Source of the DNA: Eledone cirrhosa
Lineage: Eukaryota
NCBI GenBank assembly: GCA_964016885.1
Contig: OZ024743.1
Span: 136,028,001-136,092,000 of the forward strand
DNA: 64,000 nt
Reading direction: 5' to 3'
In this document: one piece after another, positions 42,790 through 55,827 of the stretch
How the letters are laid out: the number at the start of each line of letters is the position of its first letter
Numbering within the stretch: position 1 is the stretch's first letter
The notes under the pieces: generated by a model
Databases searched by the model: none
What the model saw: only the letters and a program-made list of their open reading frames with translations
What the model was told of the DNA's origin: nothing
Made by a program: the position numbers and the translations under genes

Positions 42790-45700
42790 CACCAAGCACC
42801 AAACACCAAGTACCAAACACCAATCACCAAGCCCCAAGCACCAAACACCAAGCGCCAAGCACCAAACACCAAACACCAAGCACCAAGCACCCAGAACCAA
42901 GCACCAAACACCAAACACCAAGCACCAAGCACCGAGCACCAAACACCAAGAACCAAGCACCAAGCTCTAAACACCAAACACCAAACACCAAGCACCAAAC
43001 ACCAAACACCAAACACCAAACACCAAACAGCAAATGCCAAAAAGCAAACGCCAAACCCCAAACGCCAAACAGTAAATGCCAAACCCCAAACGCCAAACAG
43101 CAAACGCCAAGCGCCAAACGCCAAATACCAAGCGCCAAGCACCAAACACCAAACACCAAGCACCAAGCACCAAACACCAAACACCAAGCACCAAGTACCA
43201 AACACCAAACACCAAGCACCAAACACCAAACAGCAAACGCCAAAAAGCAAACGCCAAACCCCATACGCCAAACAGCAAATGCCAAACCCCAAACGCCAAA
43301 CAGCAAACGCCAAGCACCGAACACCAAACACCAAGCGCCAAGCACCAAACACCAAACACCAAGCACCAAGCACCAAACACCAAACCCCAAGCACCAATCA
43401 CCAAACACCAAGCACCAACCGCCAAGCACCAAACACCAAACACCTAGCACCAAGCACCAAGCACCAAACACCAAGTACCAAACACCAATCACCAAGCCCC
43501 AAGCACCAAACACCAAGCACCAAGCACCAAACACCAAACACCAAGCATCAAGCACCCAGAACCAAGCACCAAGCACCAAACACCAAGCACCAAGCACCGA
43601 GCACCAAACACCAAGAACCAAGCACCAAGCACTAAACACCAAACACCAAGCACCAAGCACCAAACACCAAACACCAAGCACCAAACACCAAACAGCAAAC
43701 GCCAAAAAGCAAACGCCAAACCCCATATGCCAAACAGCAAATGCCAAACTCCAAACGCCAAACAGCAAACGCCAGGCACCAAACACCAAGCACCAAGCAC
43801 CAAACACCAAACACCAAGCACCAATCACCAAACACCAAGCACCAAGCGCCAAGCACCAAACACCAAACACCTAGCACCAAGCACCAAGCACCAAACACCA
43901 AGCACCAAACACCAATCACCAAGCCCCAAGCACCAAACACCAAGCACCAAGCACCAAACACCAAACACCAAGCACCAAGTACCAAGGACCAAGCACCAAA
44001 CACCAAGCACCAAGCACCGAGCACCAAACACCAAGAACCAAGCACCAAGCACTAAACACCAAACACCAAGCACCAAGCACCAAACACCAAACACCAAGCA
44101 CCAAGTACAAAACTCCAAACACCAAACACCAAGCACCAAGCACCAAATCCCAAGCACCAAACACCAAGCACCAATCACCAAATACCAAACACCAAGCACC
44201 AAGCACCAAACTCCAAAAACCAAGCACCAAGCACCAAGCACCAAACACCAAACGCCAAACACCAAACACCAAGTACCAAGCACCAAACACCAAGCACCAA
44301 GCGCCAAAGACCAAACACCAAGCACCAAGCACGAAACACCAAGCACCATGCACCGAGCACCAAACACCAAGTACCAAGCACCAATCACCAAACACCAAGC
44401 ACCAAGCACCAAACACCAAACACCAAGCACCAAGCACCAAGCATCAAGCACCAAGCACCAAACACCAACCACCAAACACCAAACACCAAGCACCAACCAC
44501 CAAGCACCAAACACCAAGCACCAAGCAACAAACACCAAACACCAAGCACCAAACACCAAGCACCAAGCCCCAAGCACGAAACACCAAGCACCAAGCAAGA
44601 AACACCAAGCACCAAGCACCAAGCACCATGCACCAAACACCAAGCACCAAGCACCAAACAGCAAACACCAAACAGCAAACACCAAACAGCAAACACCAAA
44701 CAGCAAACGCCAAACAGCAAACACCAAACAGCAAACGCCAAAAAGCAAACGCCAAACTCCAAACGCCAAACAGCAAATGCCAAACCCAAACGCCAAACAG
44801 CAAACGCCAAGCACAAAACACCAAACACCAAGCGCCAAGCACCAAACACCAAACACCAAGCACCAAGCACCAAACACCAAACACCAAGCACCAAGTACCA
44901 AACACCAAACACCAAGCACCAAACACCAAACAGCAAACGCAAAAAAGCAAACGCCAAACCCCATACGCCAAACAGCAAATGCCAAACCCCAAATGCCAAA
45001 CGGCAAACGCCAAGCACCAAACACCAAACACCAAGCGCCAAGCACCAAACACCAAACACCAAGCACCAAGCACCAAACACCAAACACCAAGCACCAATCA
45101 CCAAACACCAAACACCAAGCGCCAAACACCAAACACCAAACACCTATCACCAAGCACCAAGCACCAAACACCAAGCACCAAACACCAAGCACCAAGCACC
45201 AAGCACCAAGCACCAAACACCAATCACCAAGCCCCAAGCACCAAACACCAAGCACCCAGCACCAAACACCAAACACCAAGCACCAAGCACCCAGAACAAA
45301 GCACCAAGCACCAAACACCAAACACCAAGCTCCAAGCACCAAACACCAAACACCAAGCACCAAGCACCAAGCACCAAACACCAAGCACCAAGCGCCAAAC
45401 ACCAAACACCAAACACCTAGCACCAAGCACCAAGCACCGAACACCAAGCACCAAGCACCAAGCACCAAGCACCAAGCACCAAACACCAATCACCAAGCCC
45501 CAAGCACCAAACACCAAGCACCAAGCACCAAACACCAAACACCAAGCACCAAGCACCAAACACCAAACACCAAGCACCAAGCACCAAGCACCAAGCACCA
45601 AACACCATACACCAAACAGCAAACGCCAAAAAGCAAACGCCAAACCCCATACGCCAAACAGCAAATGCCAAACCCCAAACGCCAAACAGCAAACGCCAAG

Positions 45701-48700
45701 CACCAAACACCAAACACCAAACACCAAGCACCAATCACCAAACACCAAGCACCAAGCGCCAAGCACCAGACACCAAGCACCAAGCACCAAACACCAAACA
45801 GCAAACGCCAAGCACCAAACACCAAGCACCAAGCACCAAACACCAAGCACCAAGCACCAAGCACCAAGCACCAAGCACCAAACACCAAGCACCAAGCACC
45901 AAACAGCCAACACCAAGCACCAAACACCAAACACCAAACACCAAGCACCAAGCCCCAAGCACCAAACACCAAGCACCAAGCACCAAACACCAAGCACGAA
46001 GCACCAAGCACCATGCACCAAACACCAAGCACCAAGCACCAAACAGCAAACACCAAACAGCAAACACCAAACACCAAACATCAACCAGCAAACACCAAAC
46101 ACCAAACACCAAACAGCAAACACCAAACAGCAAACACCAAACAGCAAACACCAAACACCAAACACCAAACAGCAAACGCCAAAAAGCAAACGCCAAACCC
46201 CATACGCCAAACAGCAAATGCCAAACCCCAAACGCCAAACAGCAAACGCCAAGCACCGAACACCAAACACCAAGCGCCAAGCACCAAACACCAAACACCA
46301 AGCACCAAGCACCAAACACCAAACACCAAGCACCAAGCACCAAACACCAAACACCAAGCACCAATCACCAAACACCAAACACCAAGCGCCAAACACCAAA
46401 CACCAAACACCTATCACCAAGCACCAAGCACCAAACACCAAGCACCAAACACCAAGCACCAAGCACCAAGCACCAAGCACCAAACACCAATCACCTAGCC
46501 CCAAGCACCAAACACCAAGCACCCAGCACCAAACACCAAACACCAAGCACCAAGCACCCAGAACAAAGCACCAACCACCAAACACCAAACACCAAGCACC
46601 AAGCACCAAGCACCAAACACCAAACACCAAGCACCAATCACCAAACACCAAGCACCAAGCGCCAAACACCAAACACCAAACACCTAGCACCAAGCACCAA
46701 GCACCGAACACCAAGCACCAAGCACCAAGCACCAAGCACCAAGCACCAAACACCAATCACCAAGCCCCAAGCACCAAACACCAAGCACCAAGCACCAAAC
46801 ACCAATCACCAAGCCCCAAGCACCAAACACCAAGCACCAAGCACCAAACACCAAACACCAAGCACCAATCACCAAACACCAAGCACCAAGCGCCAAGCAC
46901 CAGACACCAAGCACCAAGCACCAAACACCAAACACCAAGCACCAAGCACTAAACACCAAACACCAAGCACCAAGCACCAAGCACCAAGCACCAAACACCA
47001 AGTACCAAACACCAATCACCAAGCCCCAAGCACCAAACACCAAGCGCCAAGCACCAAACACCAAACACCAAGCACCAAGCACCCAGAACCAAGCACCAAG
47101 CACCAAACACCAAGCACCAAGCACCGAGCACCAAACACCAAGAACCAAGCACCAAGCTCTAAACACCAAACACCAAACACCAAGCACCAAACACCAAACA
47201 CCAAACACCAGACACCAAACAGCAAATGCCAAAAAGCAAACGCCAAACCCCAAACGCCAAACAGTAAATGCCAAACCCCAAACGCCAAACAGCAAACGCC
47301 AAGCGCCAAACGCCAAACACCAAGCGCCAAGCACCAAACACCAAACACCAAGCACCAAGCACCAAACACCAAACACCAAGCACCAAGTACCAAACACCAA
47401 ACACCAAGCACCAAACACCAAACAGCAAACGCCAAAAAGCAAACGCCAAACCCCATACGCCAAACAGCAAATGCCAAACCCCAAACGCCAAACAGCAAAC
47501 GCCAAGCACCGAACACCAAACACCAAGCGCCAAGCACCAAACACCAAACACCAAGCACCAAGCACCAAACACCAAACCCCAAGCACCAATCACCAAACAC
47601 CAAGCACCAACCGCCAAGCACCAAACACCAAACACCTAGCACCAAGCACCAAGCACCAAACACCAAGTACCAAACACCAATCACCAAGCCCCAAGCACCA
47701 AACACCAAGTACCAAGCACCAAACACCAAGCACCAAGCGCCAAAGACCAAACACCAAGCACCAAGCACGAAACACCAAGCACCAAGCACCGAGCACCAAA
47801 CACCAAGTACCAAGCACCAATCACCAAACACCAAGCACCAAGCACCAAACACCAAACACCAAGCACCAAGCACCAAGCATCAAGCACCAAGCACCAAACA
47901 CCAACCACCAAACACCAAACACCAAGCACCAACCACCAAGCACCAAACACCAAGCACCAAGCAACAAACACCAAACACCAAGCACCAAACACCAAGCACC
48001 AAGCCCCAAGCACGAAACACCAAGCACCAAGCAAGAAACACCAAGCACCAAGCACCAAGCACCATGCACCAAACACCAAGCACCAAGCACCAAACAGCAA
48101 ACACCAAACAGCAAACACCAAACAGCAAACACCAAACAGCAAACGCCAAACAGCAAACACCAAACAGCAAACGCCAAAAAGCAAACGCCAAACTCCAAAC
48201 GCCAAACAGCAAATGCCAAACCCAAACGCGAAACAGCAAACGCCAAGCACAAAACACCAAACACCAAGCGCCAAGCACCAAACACCAAACACCAAGCACC
48301 AAGCACCAAACACCAAACACCAAGCACCAAGTACCAAACACCAAACACCAAGCACCAAACACCAAACAGCAAACGCAAAAAAGCAAACGCCAAACCCCAT
48401 ACGCCAAACAGCAAATGCCAAACCCCAAATGCCAAACGGCAAACGCCAAGCACCAAACACCAAACACCAAGCGCCAAGCACCAAACACCAAACACCAAGC
48501 ACCAAGCACCAAACACCAAACACCAAGCACCAATCACCAAACACCAAACACCAAGCGCCAAACACCAAACACCAAACACCTATCACCAAGCACCAAGCAC
48601 CAAACACCAAGCACCAAACACCAAGCACCAAGCACCAAGCACCAAGCACCAAACACCAATCACCAAGCCCCAAGCACCAAACACCAAGCACCCAGCACCA

Positions 48701-48780
48701 AACACCAAACACCAAGCACCAAGCACCCAGAACAAAGCACCAAGCACCAAACACCAAACACCAAGCTCCAAGCACCAAAC
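42790..48780 (+). repeat. Patchwork duplication: about 42800-43510 recurs at +4192 and about 44270-45350 recurs at +3436
   Basis: ORFs 42967/47159 and 43076/47268 have offset 4192. ORFs 44385/47821 and 44444/47880, and the CCCAAA hexamer 44785/48221, have offset 3436. Confidence 0.8.
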
Positions 48781-51700
48781 ACCAAACACCAAGCACCAAA
48801 CACCAAACACCAAGCACCAATCACCAAACACCAAGCACCAAGCGCCAAACACCAAACACCAAACACCTAGCACCAAGCACCAAGCACCGAACACCAAGCA
48901 CCAAGCACCAAGCACCAAGCACCAAGCACCAAACACCAATCACCAAGCCCCAAGCACCAAACACCAAGCACCAAGCACCAAACACCAAACACCAAGCACC
49001 AAGCACCAAACACCAAACACCAAGCACCAAGCACCAAGCACCAAGCACCAAACACCATACACCAAACAGCAAACGCCAAAAAGCAAACGCCAAACCCCAT
49101 ACGCCAAACAGCAAATGCCAAACCCCAAACGCCAAACAGCAAACGCCAAGCACCAAACACCAAACACCAAACACCAAGCACCAATCACCAAACACCAAGC
49201 ACCAAGCGCCAAGCACCAGACACCAAGCACCAAGCACCAAACACCAAACAGCAAACGCCAAGCACCAAACACCAAGCACCAAGCACCAAACACCAAGCAC
49301 CAAGCACCAAGCACCAAGCACCAAGCACCAAACACCAAGCACCAAGCACCAAACAGCAAACACCAAGCACCAAACACCAAACACCAAGCACCAAGCACCA
49401 AACACCAAACACCAAACACCAAGCACCAAGCCCCAAGCACCAAACACCAAGCACCAAGCACCAAACACCAAGCACGAAGCACCAAGCACCATGCACCAAA
49501 CACCAAGCACCAAGCACCAAACAGCAAACACCAAACAGCAAACACCAAACACCAAACACCAACCAGCAAACACCAAACACCAAACACCAAACAGCAAACA
49601 CCAAACAGCAAACACCAAACAGCAAACACCAAACACCAAACACCAAACAGCAAACGCCAAAAAGCAAACGCCAAACCCCATACGCCAAACACCAAATGCC
49701 AAACCCCAAACGCCAAACAGCAAACGCCAAGCACCGAACACCAAACACCAAGCGCCAAGCACCAAACACCAAACACCAAGCACCAAGCACCAAACACCAA
49801 ACACCAAGCACCAAGCACCAAACACCAAACACCAAGCACCAATCACCAAACACCAAACACCAAGCGCCAAACACCAAACACCAAACACCTATCACCAAGC
49901 ACCAAGCACCAAACACCAAGCACCAAACACCAAGCACCAAGCACCAAGCACCAAGCACCAAACACCAATCACCTAGCCCCAAGCACCAAACACCAAGCAC
50001 CAAGCACCAAACACCAAACACCAAGCACCAAGCACCCAGAACAAAGCACCAAGCACCAAACACCAAACACCAAGCTCCAAGCACCAAACACCAAACACCA
50101 AGCACCAAGCACCAAGCACCAAACACCAAACACCAAGCACCAATCACCAAACACCAAGCACCAAGCGCCAAACACCAAACACCAAACACCTAGCACCAAG
50201 CACCAAGCACCGAACACCAAGCACCAAGCACCAAGCACCAAGCACCAAGCACCAAACACCAATCACCTAGCCCCAAGCACCAAACACCAAGCACCAAGCA
50301 CCAAACACCAAACACCAAGCACCAATCACCAAACACCAAGCACCAAGCGCCAAGCACCAGACACCAAGCACCAAGCACCAAACACCAAACACCAAGCACC
50401 AAGCACTAAACACCAAACACCAAGCACCAAGCACCAAGCACCAAGCACCAAGCACCAAACACCAAGCACCAAGCACCAAGCACCAAGCACCAAGCACCAA
50501 ACACCAAGCACCAAGCACCAAACAGCAAACACCAAGCACCAAACACCAAACACCAAGCACCAAGCACCAAACACCAAACACCAAACACCAAGCACCAAGC
50601 CCCAAGAACCAAACACCAAGCACCAAGCACCAAACACCAAGCACGAAGCACCAAGCACCATGCACCAAACACCAAGCACCAAGCACCAAACAGCAAACAC
50701 CAAACAGCAAACACCAAACACCAAACACCAACCAGCGAACACCAAACACCAAACACCAAACAGCAAACACCAAACAGCAAACACCAAACAGCAAACACCA
50801 AACACCAAACACCAAACAGCAAACGCCAAAAAGCAAACGCCAAACCCCATACGCCAAACAGCAAATGCCAAACCCCAAACGCCAAACAGCAAACGCCAAG
50901 CACCGAACACCAAACACCAAGCGCCAAGCACCAAACACCAAACACCAAGCACCAAGCACCAAACACCAAACACCAAGCACCAATCACCAAACACCAAGCA
51001 CCAAGCGCCAAGCACCAAACACCAAACACCTAGCACCAAGCACCAAGCACCAAACACCAAGTACCAAACACCAATCACCAAGCCCCAAGCACCAAACACT
51101 AAGCACCAAGCACCAAACACCAAACACCAAGCACCAAGCACCCAGAACCAAGCACCAAGCACCAAACACCAAGCACCAAGCACCGAGCACCAAACACCAA
51201 GAACCAAGCACCAAGCACTAAACACCAAACACCAAGCACCAAGCACCAAACACCAAACACCAAGCACCAAACACCAAACAGCAAACGCCAAAAAGCAAAC
51301 GCCAAACCCCATATGCCAAGCAGCAAATGCCAAACTCCAAACGCCAAACAGCAAACGCCAGGCACCAAACACCAAACACCAAGTGCCAAGCACCAAACAC
51401 CAAACACCAAGCACCAAGCACCAAACACCAAACACCAAGCACCAATCACCAAACACCAAGCACCAAGCGCCAAGCACCAAACACCAAACACCTAGCACCA
51501 AGCACCAAGCACCAAACACCAAGCACCAAACACCAATCACCAAGCCCCAAGCACCAAACACCAAGCACCAAGCACCAAACACCAAACACCAAGCACCAAG
51601 CACCAAGGACCAAGCACCAAACACCAAGCACCAAGCACCGAGCACCAAACACCAAGAACCAAGCACCAAGCACTAAACACCAAACACCAAGCACCAAGCA

Positions 51701-52804
51701 CCAAACACCAAACACCAAGCACCAAGTACAAAACTCCAAACACCAAACACCAAGCACCAAGCACCAAATCCCAAGCACCAAACACCAAGCACCAATCACC
51801 AAACACCAAACACCAAGCACCAAGCACCAAACTCCAAAAACCAAGCACCAAGCACCAAGCACCAAACACCAAACGCCAAACACCAAACACCAAGTACCAA
51901 GCACCAAACACCAAGCACCAAGCGCCAAAGACCAAACACCAAGCACCAAGCACGAAACACCAAGCACCAAGCACCGAGCACCAAACACCAAGTACCAAGC
52001 ACCAATCACCAAACACCAAGCACCAAGCACCAAACACCAAACACCAAGCACCAAGCACCAAGCATCAAGCACCAAGCACCAAACACCAACCACCAAGCAC
52101 CAAGCACCAAACACAAAACAACAAGTACCAAGCACCAAACACCAAACACCAAACACCAAACACCAAGCACCAAGCACAAGACACCAAGCACCAAGCACCA
52201 AGCACCAAGCACCAAACACCAAGCACCAAGCACCAAACAGCAAACACCAAGCACCAAACACCAAACACCAAGCACCAAGCAACAAACACCAAACACCAAG
52301 CACCAAACACCAAGCACCAAGCCCCAAGCACGAAACACCAAGCACCAAGCACGAAACACCAAGCACCAAGCACCAAGCACCATGCACCAAACACCAAGCA
52401 CCAAGCACCAAACAGCAAACACCAAACAGCAAACACCAAACAGCAAACACCAAACAGCAAACACCAAACAGCAAACACCAAACAGCAAACGCCAAAAAGC
52501 AAACGCCAAACTCCAAACGCCAAACAGCAAATGCCAAACCCAAACGCCAAACAGCAAACGCCAAGCACAAAACACCAAACACCAAGCGCCAAGCACCAAA
52601 CACCAAACACCAAGCACCAAGCACCAAGCACCAAACACCAAACACCAAGCACCAATCACCAAACACCAAGCACCAAGCGCCAAACACCAAACACCAAACA
52701 CCTAGCACCAAGCACCAAGCACCGAACACCAAGCACCAAGCACCAAGCACCAAGCACCAAGCACCAAACACCAATCACCAAGCCCCAAGCACCAAACACC
52801 AAGC

Positions 52805-55800
52805 ACCAAGCACCAAACACCAAACACCAAGCACCAAGCACCAAACACCAAACACCAAGCACCAAGCACCAAGCACCAAGCACCAAACACCATACACCAA
52901 ACAGCAAACGCCAAAAAGCAAACGCCAAACCCCATACGCCAAACAGCAAATGCCAAACCCCAAACGCCAAACAGCAAACGCCAAGCACCAAACACCAAAC
53001 ACCAAACACCAAGCACCAATCACCAAACACCAAGCACCAAGCGCCTAGCACCAGACACCAAGCACCAAGCACCAAACACCAAACACCAAGCACCAAGCAC
53101 TAAACACCAAACACCATGCACCAAGCACCAAGCACCAAGCACCAAGCACCAAACACCAAGCACCAAGCACCAAGCACCAAGCACCAAGCACCAAACACCA
53201 AGCACCAAGCACCAAACAGCAAACACCAAGCACCAAACACCAAACACCAAGCACCAAGCACCAAACACCAAACACCAAACACCAAGCACCAAGCCCCAAG
53301 CACCAAACACCAAGCACCAAGCACCAAACACCAAGCACGAAGCACCAAGCACCATGCACCAAACACCAAGCACCAAGCACCAAACAGCAAACACCAAACA
53401 GCAAACACCAAACACCAAACACCAACCAGCAAACACCAAACACCAAACACCAAACAGCAAACACCAAACAGCAAACACCAAACAGCAAACACCAAACACC
53501 AAACACCAAACAGCAAACGCCAAAAAGCAAACGCCAAACCCCATACGCCAAACAGCAAATGCCAAAGCCCAAACGCCAAACAGCAAACGCCAAGCACCGA
53601 ACACCAAACACCAAGCGCCAAGCACCAAACACCAAACACCAAGCACCAATCACCAAACACCAAACACCAAGCGCCAAACACCAAACACCAAACACCTATC
53701 AACAAGCACCAAGCACCAAACACCAAGCACCAAACACCAAGCACCAAGCACCAAGCACCAAGCACCAAACACCAATCACCTAGCCCCAAGCACCAAACAC
53801 CAAGCACCCAGCACCAAACACCAAACACCAAGCACCAAGCGCCCAGAACAAAGCACCAAGCACCAAACACCAAACACCAAGCTCCAAGCACCAAACACCA
53901 AACACCAAGCACCAAGCACCAAGCACCAAACACCAAACACCAAGCACCAATCACCAAACACCAAGCACCAAGCGCCAAACACCAAACACCAAACACCTAG
54001 CACCAAGCACCAAGCACCGAACACCAAGCACCAAGCACCAAGCACCAAGCACCAAGCACCAAACACCAATCACCAAGCCCCAAGCACCAAACACCAAGCA
54101 CCAAGCACCAAACACCAAACACCAAGCACCAAGCACCAAACACCAAACACCAAGCACCAAGCACCAAGCACCAAGCACCAAACACCATACACCAAACAGC
54201 AAACGCCAAAAAGCAAACGCCAAACCCCATACGCCAAACAGCAAATGCCAAACCCCAAACGCCAAACAGCAAACGCCAAGCACCAAACACCAAACACCAA
54301 GCGCCAAGCACCAAACACCAAACACCAAGCACCAAGCACCAAACACCAAACACCAAGCACCAAGCACCAAGCACCAAGCACCAAACACCATACACCAAAC
54401 AGCAAACGCCAAAAAGCAAACGCCAAACCCCATACGCCAAACAGCAAATGCCAAACCCCAAACGCCAAACAGCAAACGCCAAGCACCAAACACCAAACAC
54501 CAAACACCAAGCACCAATCACCAAACACCAAGCACCAAGCGCCTAGCACCAGACACCAAGCACCAAGCACCAAACACCAAACACCAAGCACCAAGCACTA
54601 AACACCAAACACCATGCACCAAGCACCAAGCACCAAGCACCAAGCACCAAACACCAAGCACCAAGCACCAAGCACCAAGCACCAAGCACCAAACACCAAG
54701 CACCAAGCACCAAACAGCAAACACCAAGCACCAAACACCAAACACCAAGCACCAAGCACCAAACACCAAACACCAAACACCAAGCACCAAGCCCCAAGCA
54801 CCAAACACCAAGCACCAAGCACCAAACACCAAGCACGAAGCACCAAGCACCATGCACCAAACACCAAGCACCAAGCACCAAACAGCAAACACCAAACAGC
54901 AAACACCAAACACCAAACACCAACCAGCAAACACCAAACACCAAACACCAAACAGCAGACACCAAACAGCAAACACCAAACAGCAAACACCAAACACCAA
55001 ACACCAAACAGCAAACGCCAAAAAGCAAACGCCAAACCCCATACGCCAAACAGCAAATGCCAAACCCCAAACGCCAAACAGCAAACGCCAAGCACCGAAC
55101 ACCAAACACCAAGCGCCAAGCACCAAACACCAAACACCAAGCACCAATCACCAAACACCAAACACCAAGCGCCAAACACCAAACACCAAACACCTATCAA
55201 CAAGCACCAAGCACCAAACACCAAGCACCAAACACCAAGCACCAAGCACCAAGCACCAAGCACCAAACACCAATCACCTAGCCCCAAGCACCAAACACCA
55301 AGCACCCAGCACCAAACACCAAACACCAAGCACCAAGCGCCCAGAACAAAGCACCAAGCACCAAACACCAAACACCAAGCTCCAAGCACCAAACACCAAA
55401 CACCAAGCACCAAGCACCAAGCACCAAACACCAAACACCAAGCACCAATCACCAAACACCAAGCACCAAGCGCCAAACACCAAACACCAAACACCTAGCA
55501 CCAAGCACCAAGCACTGAACACCAAGCACCAAGCACCAAGCACCAAGCACCAAGCACCAAACACCAATCACCAAGCCCCAAGCACCAAACACCAAGCACC
55601 AAGCACCAAACACCAAACACCAAGCACCAAGCACCAAACACCAAACACCAAGCACCAAGCACCAAGCACCAAGCACCAAACACCATACACCAAACAGCAA
55701 ACGCCAAAAAGCAAACGCCAAACCCCATACGCCAAACAGCAAATGCCAAACCCCAAACGCCAAACAGCAAACGCCAAGCACCAAACACCAAACACCAAGC
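52805..55800 (+). repeat. Tandem duplication, period 1498 bp (214 monomers)
   Basis: CGCCTAG 53042/54540. ORFs 53020/54518, 53116/54614 and 53776/55274 share the offset. Confidence 0.9.
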
Positions 55801-55827
55801 GCCAAGCACCAAACACCAAACACCAAC

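Larger units (their letters stand above)
27250..43600 (+). repeat. Long-range direct duplication at about 10.9-11.1 kb spacing (about 27250-32600 and 38225-43600)
   Basis: A12 28840/39912 and CGCTAAA 29223/40295 have offset 11072. ORFs 30249/41142 and 31469/42362 have offset 10893. Confidence 0.85.

Noticed and set aside
43727-51676. Plus-strand 700-1400 aa STKHQAP-repeat ORFs as mucin-like, CTD-like or adhesin genes
   Set aside because: There is no signal peptide or non-repetitive terminus. Variation follows the 7-nt period and not codon positions, and parallel frames encode the same peptide.
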